This document shows positions 55,096 to 64,000 of a DNA stretch of 64,000 nucleotides, piece by piece. The stretch covers positions 1-64,000 of the forward strand of contig JBBTCT010000020.1 of the NCBI GenBank assembly GCA_038060895.1, written 5' to 3'. Numbering within the stretch: position 1 is the stretch's first letter; each line of letters starts with the position of its first letter. This DNA comes from Planctomycetota bacterium (GTDB lineage: Bacteria; Planctomycetota; MHYJ01; WSZJ01). The notes under the pieces are model-generated. The model was not told the origin of the DNA and did no database searches. It saw only the letters and a list, made by a program, of their open reading frames with translations. Made by a program: the position numbers and the translations under genes.

Positions 55096-56260
55096 CGGCG
55101 CGCACCGGTTTCCGCACCGCCAGAAGCATCGCGCACGCGACGAGCGCGATGGCCGCTTCCGTGAGAAACGCGGTTTTCGGGCTGAAACTCTCGGAGAGGG
55201 CGCCAAACAGGAAGGATGCCGGCAGCGCTGTGATTCCGACGGCGAAGTAGAAGAGGCCGAAGGCGGTTCCCTTGAGCTCGGGAGGGACGAGGTCCGCGAC
55301 CACCGCCCGCTGCACTGAAGTGGCGAGCGCATTGAAGAGCGTATAGGCCGCCAGACAGAGGAGGAAGGGCGCGGGTTTCGAGGCAAAAGCAAAGCCGCAG
55401 TAGACCGCGGCGTAGATCAGCCAGCCGGCCAGAACGACCCGGCGCCGATCGAATCGGTCCGCGATCGCGCCCCCGGCGAGGGCCACCATGCCTTTCAGCA
55501 CGCTGAAGCCCGACCATGCCACTGTCGCCCAACCCAGCGGAATTCCTACTTCGGGCATCCGCTGGACGAGAAAGGCATCCGAGGAGTTGGCGAGCGTGAA
55601 CACCGCGACCGTCGCCAGGAACCACCGGAAGTTCCCGCTGAATGGTCGCAACGAAAGACTCAATGGCTTGGCCTCCGCCCGGGAGGGAACTTCGCGCACC
55701 AGGAACCCAATGAACATCATCACGAACGCGGCGGGCACCGCCGTCCAGAGGAACACGCTTCGAAAACTCATCCCCGACGCCAGCATCGCGCCCGCGACCA
55801 GCGGGCCGACCGCAGCCCCGAATTGGTCCATCGCGTTCTGGAGCCCGTAGGCCCTGCCCCGCGCCTCTGAGTCGCACGAATCGGCGATCAACGCATCGCG
55901 CGCGGCAAGCCTCGTTCCCTTGCCCAGCCGGTCCGCCATCCGGATCACGAAGACATGCCAGGGCGCGGTGACAATCGCGTAGAGGGGCCGCATGGCAGAA
56001 GACAGAAAGTAGCCCCAGAAAATGAAGGGCTTCCGCTTCCCCGCGCGATCGGACGCCCATCCGGAGAAGATCCTCAGAAGTGCGGCGAGGGAGTCGGCGG
56101 CCCCTTCGATCAGGCCGAGCGTCGCCTTCGAGGCGCCCAGGACCGTGGTGAGAAAGTGCGGCATGAGCGGAAAGACCATTTCCGAGGCGAAGTCGGTGAA
56201 GAAAGAGGCGAAGCCGAGCCAGAGGACGTTCGGGCGGAGGCCGTGGAAGAGGCGTTTCAC
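55076..56260 (-). CDS. MFS transporter
   Basis: SFFTDFASEMVFPL, GWASDRAGKRK, DRLGKGTRLAARDALIAD, LANSSDAFL. Confidence 0.92.
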   Translation of the reverse strand: MKRLFHGLRPNVLWLGFASFFTDFASEMVFPLMPHFLTTVLGASKATLGLIEGAADSLAALLRIFSGWASDRAGKRKPFIFWGYFLSSAMRPLYAIVTAPWHVFVIRMADRLGKGTRLAARDALIADSCDSEARGRAYGLQNAMDQFGAAVGPLVAGAMLASGMSFRSVFLWTAVPAAFVMMFIGFLVREVPSRAEAKPLSLSLRPFSGNFRWFLATVAVFTLANSSDAFLVQRMPEVGIPLGWATVAWSGFSVLKGMVALAGGAIADRFDRRRVVLAGWLIYAAVYCGFAFASKPAPFLLCLAAYTLFNALATSVQRAVVADLVPPELKGTAFGLFYFAVGITALPASFLFGALSESFSPKTAFLTEAAIALVACAMLLAVRKPVRAVNPARP

Positions 56261-56282
56261 CGGGGCGAGAGGCTACGGGAGG

Positions 56283-56421
56283 GGAAAAACGGCCACAACG
56301 AAACAAAAAGGGAAAAACGAAAAACAAAAAACGAAAAGTTCACGACCACCTCGCGGCGGCCGTTCCCTTTTCGTTTTTCCTTTTTGCTTTTTCGTTTTTC
56401 TTTTCGTTGTTGCCGTTTTCC
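56283..56421. repeat. ~140-bp imperfect palindrome built from AAAACGA-type heptamers
   Basis: A-rich arm 56283-56338 and complementary T-rich arm 56367-56421. Confidence 0.8.
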
Positions 56422-56425
56422 AGTC

Positions 56426-59400
56426 CTATTTCTTCATCCTCTCGACTTCGACGCCCTGCTGCCTGTTCCGCAGGTTCTTGTTGTAGTTGTCTTCCATCTC
56501 GTCGTTGGCCGACTTCAGCTCCTGGTCAAGCAGTTCCTTCTGCTGCTCGGACAGTTTCTTTGCAGCGGCCGGCATGTCGGCCTTGCGCCGCGCATCCTCG
56601 ATCTGCCCGATCACGCTCGCGCCGCGATGCATGGCGACATGGCCGTCCTTCTCGGCGACGACGATCGCGAGGCCGCGCACGCCGGCGGTCTCCCAGATTC
56701 CGCGCAGGTCCGTCTTGTCGCTGGCGATCCTCTGGTCATCGGTTCCGAAGATCGTGACCTTGACGCTTTCCGCGAAGCCGCCGCTGGCCACGTCGGAGAT
56801 GTTCACGCGGACGTTGCCGTCGGATTCCTCCTGCACGGCCATGGAAAGGTTTGAGCGGAGGATGATGCCGGAAGCGAAGAAGTCGCCGGCCTTGACGCCG
56901 ACGAGGTAGGCGCCGGGGTCCTTGAGGTCGAGCGTGAAGGTCTGCTTCTCACGGCGGCGGGCGTTGGGGTGGTCGAGCTTGAAGGTCTTTTCGAAGACGG
57001 GCTTGATTCCGGCGACTTCGACCGTCGATGCGTCCACCAGGTTCTTGCGGCGAAGGGCGAGCATCGTGAGGTCCACCTTGTAGGCCCGGACGTGCGCTTC
57101 CGCCACTCCCGCGTATTCGAGCTCGAGCTCGGCGGCCTTTGCCAGCGGGGCCAGGGTCACGTCCTTCACGGAGATCGCTTCACGCTCAAGGAATGCGATC
57201 GACCGCGCCGCGTCGGCGGACTTCGCCTTCACCTTCTTGTAGTTCTCCACCGCCTTGTCCATCTCGCCCTTCGCGTGGAAGATCTGCGCCTTCATCAGCA
57301 CCGCCTGGGTCCGGATCACTCCGGGGCCCGGGTTCGCTTTCGCTCCGTAGTCGAACGTCTCCAGCTTGTCGCAGAGCGTGAGGGCCTCGGGGAACTTCTT
57401 CTGCGCGAACAGCGCGAACGCCTGCGTGTAGTCGAACGTGTCGATGAAGCGCGACTTGATGAAGCGCGCGGCGGCCAGCCGTGCGGCACCGTCGGCGAGG
57501 TCGAACTTGCCGGCCTCGAGGTACGCGCTGCAGAGCGAGAGCATCGCCCGGTCGTTCTCCTCGTGCGCGGGGAACCAGGCGAGGACGTGCTCGAAGGCGG
57601 CCGCCGATTCGACCAGCAGCTCTTCGCGCGTCAGCGCCTTGTCGTTCTTCTCGGCGGTCGTCTTGTGCGACTTCGCCTTCGAATACAGCCGCTGGCCGAA
57701 GCCGAAGAGCATTTCGCGGTTGAGCGAGCTGTCGGGGTAATCGGAGAGGAGGGTCTTCATCCACGCGACCGAGTCTTTCATCCGTCCGAGGTCCTCGAGC
57801 GCGCCCGCGAGATTCGCCTCCTGCAGGAAGTACGCGTCGCACGCGCCGCTCGAGACCTGCATCGAGCGTTCGTGCTCGTTCACGGCGGCGTACGCCTTCG
57901 CGATCGCGCGGATCTTGTCGAACGGCACGACTTCGCCGGGGGCCTTTTCCTTCAGGACCTCGAAGTACTTCACGACGGTCTCGTTCTCGCCCAGCTCCAC
58001 CGCGCTGTAACCCAGCATGCGGGCCGCGCTGGCGGCGACGGCGTCCAGGAGCGTGCCCTTTTCAAAAAGCGGAAGGAGCATGTCGCGGCATTCCTTCCAC
58101 TTCTTCTTCTCGAACAGGATCGCGCCGGCTGTAGTTCTCTCGCCGTGTGTCCAGCTCCAACCGTCGCGGAAGGCCGCTCCGGGCGCAAGCACCTCGATCT
58201 CGGGATAGGCGGCGGGCGCATCGGAGTAGGCCAGGAACGTCACTTCGACCTTCCGTTCCGCCTCGGCCTGCGGCGCCAGCAGGACGCGCAGGTCGGCCCT
58301 GCCGAACTGGAGGCCGGTGTTGCGCGGCAGCTCCACGATGGAGTATTGGGTCGTCGGGCCGGTCACGGTGAGCTCGTACTTCACGCGGAACCAGCTCCCG
58401 GCGGCGACTTTCGACATCGACGGGTTTTCGACGGGCTCCTTGACCGTCGCGGCCACGGGCGTCGCTACCTTCCCCTCCACGATCGAGTGCGGCCATTCGG
58501 CGGTCCGCTTGACGGCGACCTTGACCGCAGGTTCGGGCACGACGCCGGTCTCCCTTGAGGCCATCGCATAGAAAGTCCCGGTTCCGGTCGGATCGACGAC
58601 TCCGTCCGTCGCCGTCAATTCTCCAAATCCCTTCACGGACTGCCCGTCCACCTTGACTTCCGTTACGCCACCCTTGTCGGGAGTCGTCTGCATCGCGAGC
58701 GCGAGAGCCGCCCGCTCGAAGGCCGTCTTCGGCCGGCGCGCCAGAAGCCAGGCGCGGGACTTCGGCAGAAGTGCGTGCGCCGGATCGATCTCCGCCATCG
58801 CGAGGGCCGCAAGGGCGGTCGTGGCGTACGTCGTGTTCGCCGAATCCGCCTGCGCCACTGACGTCGCTTCCCAGTGGTCTTCCTTCGCTGCCTTCGCCAG
58901 CTTCTCCAGCGCCGACTTTGCTTCGTCCGTCTTCTCTGCCGCCTTCATCGCGAGCGCGACGCAGGCGAGCGCGCGGGGAGAGAGAGTGTCCACGCCGCGC
59001 CACAGCCGGAAGAGGAACCCGTACTCCGCGTGCTTGCCGCGGGAGAGCGCGAACAGGATGAGGGCCTTCGTGTCATCGGACGTCGCCTGCGCGAAGCGCT
59101 GCTTGAGCAGCGCCGGGTCGGGCTCGATGTCGAATTCCGCCGCCTTGGCCTCGGCCGCGGCGAGGTAGAGCAGGACCGGCCACGCCGCGTCGTTCACGGC
59201 GGCGTCGCCGAGCCCCTGCGCGCGAAGAGCTGCGAACTCCATCACCGCCAGTTTCGTCACGTCCGTCTTCTCGAAGCGGTGCCGCGCCAGCCTTGCGATG
59301 AGCCGGGTGGCGACGTCGGAAGCGCGGGTCAGGTCGTCTCTGCCTTCCGCGAGCGCCTCGAGGAGGGCCGCCGGAGACGTCGCGACGAAGATCCGCGTTT

Positions 59401-62400
59401 TCCCCTGGCCGTCGAGCTTGAGCTCCGTCTTCGCCGTGAAGGCGCCTCCTTTTTCGGCCACGACCGAGGGGCCCTTGGCACGCATGGCCACCGTCACATC
59501 CCGTTTCGCGCCGTCCACGCTGACGGAAGCGACAGGCGCCGCCGTCCAGTCGAGGTCCTTTTCGGCGGTGGAGCGCGCGGCAACCTTGACCTTCGTCTCG
59601 GTGCCATTCAGGACGATCGACGCTTCGGCTTCGGCCGCGGACCAGTTGGTGAGGAGGACGACGGCGGACGTCTTCTCGCCTTCGACCGCGCTGTCCGGGA
59701 ATCGAACTTCAGCGAAGACGGAGGCGCGCACTTTCACCGTGGCCTCGGCGGTTGCGATCGCGTTCCCGCCATCGATCGACCACGCCTGGAGCTCGATGTC
59801 TTCGCGCCTGCCGGGAGCCTTGAACCGGAACGTCGCGATCCCGTCGGCTCCCGCTTCCGCAGAAACCCAGACGTACGGCACGGGTTGAGCAGAGGGAGAG
59901 TGGCCTGCGCCCGACGACCCTCCGCCGCGGGCGACGAGGTTCCTCTTGCCGCCCAGGCGGCCGCCGTAGCGCCCGCCGCCGCCACCGCCGCCGGCCACCT
60001 CCTCGGCATCCTCGTTGTGGTCCTTCTCGGACTGCTTCATCTTGTCGAGGTTGTTCTCGAGCATGACGCGCCGGCTCTGGCCGCGATCCAGCTGTTCCAG
60101 CCTCGCGAGCGCGTCAAGCAGTTGCGGGTCCACCTGCTGCGTCTGCCACGTGAACGCCGTCGCCACGGAGGAGTCCGCCGCGAAATACGCCCCGGGACGC
60201 ATCGGGTTGAAAGCGCCAGTGTCGATTCCCGTCGTGATTTCCGCCGACGACAGCAGCCAGACCTCGCTGCCCGGCTTCGCCGTCACCTTCACCACGATCT
60301 CCTCGCCCGGCTTCACTTCCTTCTTCTCGGGCTCGATCTTCACTTCAGGCGCCTTCAGGGCAAAATCTCGCACGTCCGCGTGGAACTTCCCGCCCTGCAT
60401 CATCATCACCGTCACGCTGAAGTCGCGCGTCGTGGACGGCGGCGCGTTCAGCGTCACGGCGTTTTTTCCCTTCTCGAGCGTCACCGCCAGCACCTGCTCG
60501 ACCTTCTCCCCTTCGATCGTCACGAACGCCAGTCCCTTTTCGAGGCGGGACAGCACCGTCAGTTCCACCGGCTTCCCGGGCTCAAACGTGTCCGCGCCGG
60601 AAAGAAGCCGCAGCTTGCGCTCTTCCTTGTCGTCCATCACCGCCACCGCCGTCTGGAGCCTCGTCGGCATCCCGTCGGCGTCCTTCGTCGTCACCGTGAT
60701 CGTGTGCACGCCCGCGTCGTTGGCGCTCCACGCGAACTTCGCCTTGCCCTCCTTGTCGGTCGTGGCGTCGCCCTGGGCGACGGGGAAGCGCTGTCCGGCT
60801 TCGTTCGTGCGGACGACGGTCCAGCGGAACGCCGCGCTGAACGGCGTGTCGTCGGCTCTCTTCGCCGTGAAGGCGATCGTCTTGGGCTCGCCGGCGACGA
60901 CCGGCTCGGTCACGCGCGACTCGTCGTCGAACGTGATCGCCGGCGTGCGGGGAAGCACCGGCACACGCAGGACGTCCGCGGCCCCTTCCGTGCTCAGCTG
61001 TACGACCGCGAGGCCGTCGCGGAAAAAGCGGTCCGTGTCGCGGATCTGAATCGCGAGCGTCCCGTCGGCGGCCGTCATGGCGTCGCGCCACTCCAGATCC
61101 CCCGGCGCGAGAATCCGCACCCAGCGTCCGCCCAGCGGGCGGTTCCACTCGTCCCGCAGGATCGCCGTGATGTCCACGTTGTCTCCTACGAACTTCGGCG
61201 CATCGTCCGAGATGTATTCGAAATGCGGGAAGCGCCGCGCCGCGGCCGCGATCGAGACTTCCACCGCGCCGAGAAGCTTTTCCAGCGGCAGCGCCTTTTC
61301 AACGACCGACACCGTCACATTTGAGTGCAGCCCTTTCGGCATCGTGAACGCCATCGCCGCCGTCCCGAACTTCGAGAGCGCGACGGTCGCTTCGTGGAAC
61401 ACGATCCCCTGCCCGCTCACCGCGCGCAGGATGTAGTTCTTGTCCTTCGGCAGCAGGTACGCGCCGCCGTCGGCGTCGCGGACGACCAGCCGCACCTTCA
61501 CCTCGTCCCCGTCGCCGTACAACGACCGGTCCGTCAGGATCAGCACCCGCGGCTCGCGCTTCGGCGCGATCGGAAGCGCGCCCATTGCCATGTCCCGGAA
61601 CGCAAGGTGCCCGTTCGACTCGGCCAGAATCGAGAGGCTTGACGGCCGCATGTCGTCCTTCCACGTCTTCACGTGCTTCCCGTCCGCCGCCATCCGGACG
61701 TTGGCGTTCTCGACGCGTTCGCCCGTCCGCTGGTTCTGCACGACCACCGTCGCGCCGCTCCTGCCCGCGCGTGCGATCATCGCCAGGTCCGACACGATCA
61801 CGATCGTCTTCGCTTCCTGCGTGCCGATCGAGGCGGACACGACGTACGCGCCCGGGTCCTTCTTCGGGAGTTCGACGTCGAGTTTCATCTCCTTGAAGCG
61901 CCTGTAGTCCTTCACCGGCACTTCCCATTCCTTGTCCGGGGCGATCACGGCAACTTCGAGCGAATCGAGCCCGGTCGTCGCGGCGCGCTTCTCGAAGTAG
62001 TCCTTGAGATCGAGTGTCCAGAAGCGGAATTTCACGGTCTCGACGTTGCGGACCGTGAGCTTCACCGCCGGCGTCTCGGCGCCCGTGAAGACTTTCTCGC
62101 TCGAGAGCGCGAGCGACTTGTTCTGCAGCGTCTGCAGGAACTGCTGCGCCTGCCCCTGGAAGTTTCCGCCGACCTTCGGCAGTTCCTTCATCGCCGTCTC
62201 GAAGTCGTCGAGCTCGCCCGCGTACGCCTTCGCGGCCTCAAACCGCGCCTGGTGCCCTTCGTTGTATCCCTGGAACTTCGTCGCGACCCGCATCCACGTC
62301 TCGACCGCTTCCTTCCATTTCTTTTCTTCCGCAAACGTCTGCCCCACGCGGAACGCCATCGCCGCCGCGCGGCCGTCCGTCGGGTGAAGCGCCGCGAATT

Positions 62401-63625
62401 CTTCCGCCGCCGCGCGCGCCGCCGCCCAGTCCTTGCGCACGAACGCCCTGCCCGCCGCCTCGAACCTCACGTCCGCAATCGCCTGCCGCACCTCGGGCCA
62501 GCGCGGAGAATCGGGGAAGCGCTTCAGGAAGTCCTCGAACGTCGCGATCGCCTTCGCGTCGTCCATGTCCGCGCGCCAGAGCCACGCCACGCGCAGCAGC
62601 GCCTCGGGAGCGCGTTCGTCCTTTGCGTTGGCGTCTGCGAATGCCGTCAACTCCTTGCGCGCGTCGTCGCGAAGTTCTTCATATTGCGCCAGGGCGATCC
62701 CGGCCAGGTACCCCGCCTTCGGGCCCCAATCGCTCTTCGCGTAGTCCTTTGCGCAGCGCCGCAGAAGCGGCAGCGCCCGGCGCAGTTCCTCGATCGATCC
62801 CGTCTGCCCGGCCTCGTTCACATGCAGCAGCGCCGCCAGCCAGAGAGCTTCCGATGCCCGCGCCGACGCCGCGAACTCCGTCGGGATCCTCAACCACGCC
62901 GCCTTCGCGTCGAACGGCCGGCCGGTGTCGCGGAGGGCCGTGGCCTGCGCGAAGAGCGCCTCGTCGAGCTTTGCGGCCTTCGGGAACTTCTCGAAGAACT
63001 CCTTGCACGCCTTGAGAAGCTGCGCCCGGTCCATGTTCCCTTTCAGCTGGCACGTGATGACGTCGATCCGCACTCCCTCTTCGTCTGCGCCGAGCGCTTC
63101 CAGCTCCAGCGCCTTCGCCAGGAGATTCCGCGCCGCCTGGAAATTCGCGACGAACGTCGGGTCCTTCGCTTCCCTGGGATTCAGGAACTCGCGCCCGGCC
63201 TCGACGTAGATCATCGCGATCTTCCTGCGCCGCTCCGGCGCCGTTACGGCCGCGACTTGCGCGTCGTAAATCTGTCCCGCCAGCGCGAATTCTTTCCTGG
63301 CCGCCAGCACGTCTCCCTTCTTGTACAGCGCCTTCATCCGGAACCCGCTAGCCGGGTAGTCCTTCACGAGGCGGTCGAGCGAAGCGATCGCTTCGTCGTT
63401 CTTCTTCGCGTTCTGCTGCGCCGTCGCGATGAGCAGCAGGATCTCGTCCTGACCGGACTTCGCTTCGCCGAGCGCCTGCGTCAGCAGCTGTTCCGCTTTC
63501 GCGTAATCGCGATCCTTGAGCGCGGTTTCGCCCGCGGACCGCGCATCGGACGGCGGCGGGTCGGCGTTGACGAAGCAGATGGCGGCAAGCAGAACGGCGC
63601 AGAGAGCGAAGCGGCGCTGGCGCAT
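56426..63625 (-). CDS. Giant secreted TPR + alpha-2-macroglobulin-like (MG domain) protein, ~2400 aa
   Basis: AGGAG RBS + signal peptide; BamD-like TPRs; IVSDLAMIAR, LTDRSLYGDGDEV, LSKFGTA, KPGEEIVVKV, GADGIATFRFKAP, VRFPDSAVEGE; helical TED-like region. Confidence 0.85.
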   Translation of the reverse strand: MRQRRFALCAVLLAAICFVNADPPPSDARSAGETALKDRDYAKAEQLLTQALGEAKSGQDEILLLIATAQQNAKKNDEAIASLDRLVKDYPASGFRMKALYKKGDVLAARKEFALAGQIYDAQVAAVTAPERRRKIAMIYVEAGREFLNPREAKDPTFVANFQAARNLLAKALELEALGADEEGVRIDVITCQLKGNMDRAQLLKACKEFFEKFPKAAKLDEALFAQATALRDTGRPFDAKAAWLRIPTEFAASARASEALWLAALLHVNEAGQTGSIEELRRALPLLRRCAKDYAKSDWGPKAGYLAGIALAQYEELRDDARKELTAFADANAKDERAPEALLRVAWLWRADMDDAKAIATFEDFLKRFPDSPRWPEVRQAIADVRFEAAGRAFVRKDWAAARAAAEEFAALHPTDGRAAAMAFRVGQTFAEEKKWKEAVETWMRVATKFQGYNEGHQARFEAAKAYAGELDDFETAMKELPKVGGNFQGQAQQFLQTLQNKSLALSSEKVFTGAETPAVKLTVRNVETVKFRFWTLDLKDYFEKRAATTGLDSLEVAVIAPDKEWEVPVKDYRRFKEMKLDVELPKKDPGAYVVSASIGTQEAKTIVIVSDLAMIARAGRSGATVVVQNQRTGERVENANVRMAADGKHVKTWKDDMRPSSLSILAESNGHLAFRDMAMGALPIAPKREPRVLILTDRSLYGDGDEVKVRLVVRDADGGAYLLPKDKNYILRAVSGQGIVFHEATVALSKFGTAAMAFTMPKGLHSNVTVSVVEKALPLEKLLGAVEVSIAAAARRFPHFEYISDDAPKFVGDNVDITAILRDEWNRPLGGRWVRILAPGDLEWRDAMTAADGTLAIQIRDTDRFFRDGLAVVQLSTEGAADVLRVPVLPRTPAITFDDESRVTEPVVAGEPKTIAFTAKRADDTPFSAAFRWTVVRTNEAGQRFPVAQGDATTDKEGKAKFAWSANDAGVHTITVTTKDADGMPTRLQTAVAVMDDKEERKLRLLSGADTFEPGKPVELTVLSRLEKGLAFVTIEGEKVEQVLAVTLEKGKNAVTLNAPPSTTRDFSVTVMMMQGGKFHADVRDFALKAPEVKIEPEKKEVKPGEEIVVKVTAKPGSEVWLLSSAEITTGIDTGAFNPMRPGAYFAADSSVATAFTWQTQQVDPQLLDALARLEQLDRGQSRRVMLENNLDKMKQSEKDHNEDAEEVAGGGGGGGRYGGRLGGKRNLVARGGGSSGAGHSPSAQPVPYVWVSAEAGADGIATFRFKAPGRREDIELQAWSIDGGNAIATAEATVKVRASVFAEVRFPDSAVEGEKTSAVVLLTNWSAAEAEASIVLNGTETKVKVAARSTAEKDLDWTAAPVASVSVDGAKRDVTVAMRAKGPSVVAEKGGAFTAKTELKLDGQGKTRIFVATSPAALLEALAEGRDDLTRASDVATRLIARLARHRFEKTDVTKLAVMEFAALRAQGLGDAAVNDAAWPVLLYLAAAEAKAAEFDIEPDPALLKQRFAQATSDDTKALILFALSRGKHAEYGFLFRLWRGVDTLSPRALACVALAMKAAEKTDEAKSALEKLAKAAKEDHWEATSVAQADSANTTYATTALAALAMAEIDPAHALLPKSRAWLLARRPKTAFERAALALAMQTTPDKGGVTEVKVDGQSVKGFGELTATDGVVDPTGTGTFYAMASRETGVVPEPAVKVAVKRTAEWPHSIVEGKVATPVAATVKEPVENPSMSKVAAGSWFRVKYELTVTGPTTQYSIVELPRNTGLQFGRADLRVLLAPQAEAERKVEVTFLAYSDAPAAYPEIEVLAPGAAFRDGWSWTHGERTTAGAILFEKKKWKECRDMLLPLFEKGTLLDAVAASAARMLGYSAVELGENETVVKYFEVLKEKAPGEVVPFDKIRAIAKAYAAVNEHERSMQVSSGACDAYFLQEANLAGALEDLGRMKDSVAWMKTLLSDYPDSSLNREMLFGFGQRLYSKAKSHKTTAEKNDKALTREELLVESAAAFEHVLAWFPAHEENDRAMLSLCSAYLEAGKFDLADGAARLAAARFIKSRFIDTFDYTQAFALFAQKKFPEALTLCDKLETFDYGAKANPGPGVIRTQAVLMKAQIFHAKGEMDKAVENYKKVKAKSADAARSIAFLEREAISVKDVTLAPLAKAAELELEYAGVAEAHVRAYKVDLTMLALRRKNLVDASTVEVAGIKPVFEKTFKLDHPNARRREKQTFTLDLKDPGAYLVGVKAGDFFASGIILRSNLSMAVQEESDGNVRVNISDVASGGFAESVKVTIFGTDDQRIASDKTDLRGIWETAGVRGLAIVVAEKDGHVAMHRGASVIGQIEDARRKADMPAAAKKLSEQQKELLDQELKSANDEMEDNYNKNLRNRQQGVEVERMKK

Positions 63626-63831
63626 GGCGAGGTCTCCTGTGTACACCGCCCCCGGAGTGCCCGGGGGCTGTGAATAAGACGTCTTTGGCGGGCGATTGGT
63701 TCGGAAGAGTTTCAGAACCCTGAACAAGGGCCGAACAGGATACACACCCGCACGAACGGATACACCGTCGGCACGAGATCCCCGGGCAAGAGATGCTGGA
63801 TCAAGGAGGAAAAGCAATTCTCAAGCCGCGG

Positions 63832-63999
63832 TCAGACCCCGGTCGGGAGGCACAGCCGGAATCCGTAATTGCGGTAACAGGTCGTCGGGACGGTCCCCTG
63901 TCGCTCCTCGCATTTCGCCCACGTCGGCGAGTGATACCACGCACCGCCACGGATGCACCGGTAGTGACGGTAGGGCTTTTCGGGGGCGTTCCAGCACCA
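63832..63999 (-). CDS. 3' end of a fourth FGE/CLec-domain gene (runs off the window)
   Basis: WCWNAPEKPYRHYRCIRGGAWYHSPTWAKCEERQGTVPTTCYRNYGFRLCLPTGV*; RGGxW and GFR motifs. Confidence 0.8.
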   Translation of the reverse strand, partial: WCWNAPEKPYRHYRCIRGGAWYHSPTWAKCEERQGTVPTTCYRNYGFRLCLPTGV

Positions 64000-64000
64000 G

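Noticed and set aside
56283-56421. CRISPR array
   Set aside because: Short degenerate heptamers in inverted arrangement, no 23-47 bp repeats with unique spacers, and no cas genes.
63626-63817. Extra 64 N-terminal residues of the A2M-like protein
   Set aside because: ATG at 63625 has an AGGAG RBS and begins a signal peptide; the upstream part looks like intergenic sequence.
26624-63999. Active diversity-generating retroelement acting on the FGE tails
   Set aside because: No reverse transcriptase, Avd or template repeat in the window, and the four tails differ at all base types rather than being near-identical copies. A remote DGR cannot be excluded.

Overview
High-GC bacterial DNA. The expanded Hanks-type kinases, ECF sigma type, DUF1570-like peptidase and giant TPR/alpha-2-macroglobulin suggest Planctomycetota; this is inference, as no marker gene is present. 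I found no rRNA, tRNA, CRISPR array, integrase or reverse transcriptase. The window has about 45 genes, including five complete Ser/Thr kinases: one TM-TPR, one TM-WD40 and three paralogous kinase-PEGA-FGE/CLec proteins, plus the 3' end of a fourth FGE-type gene at the right edge. Others are trmB, two MFS transporters, a fused MFS/spermidine synthase, methyltransferases, an FAD oxidoreductase, a YhcG/DUF1016 nuclease with an AAA ATPase, and a nucleotidyltransferase with a small partner. Best candidates for new biology: (1) a secreted thioredoxin-fold/TPR protein split by an in-frame UGA with a bacterial SECIS-like hairpin (probable selenoprotein), directly upstream of a secreted ~30-Cys protein; (2) a two-gene unit resembling a split vitellogenin/MTP-type large lipid transfer protein; (3) a kinase-FGE family with a conserved CxC..H..HxxxC insertion and hypervariable CLec tips; (4) accessory cassettes flanked by duplicated copies of the neighbouring gene's 5' end, and several nuclease/TA pseudogenes missing their cores. 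All domain calls are motif recognition by eye, not database searches.
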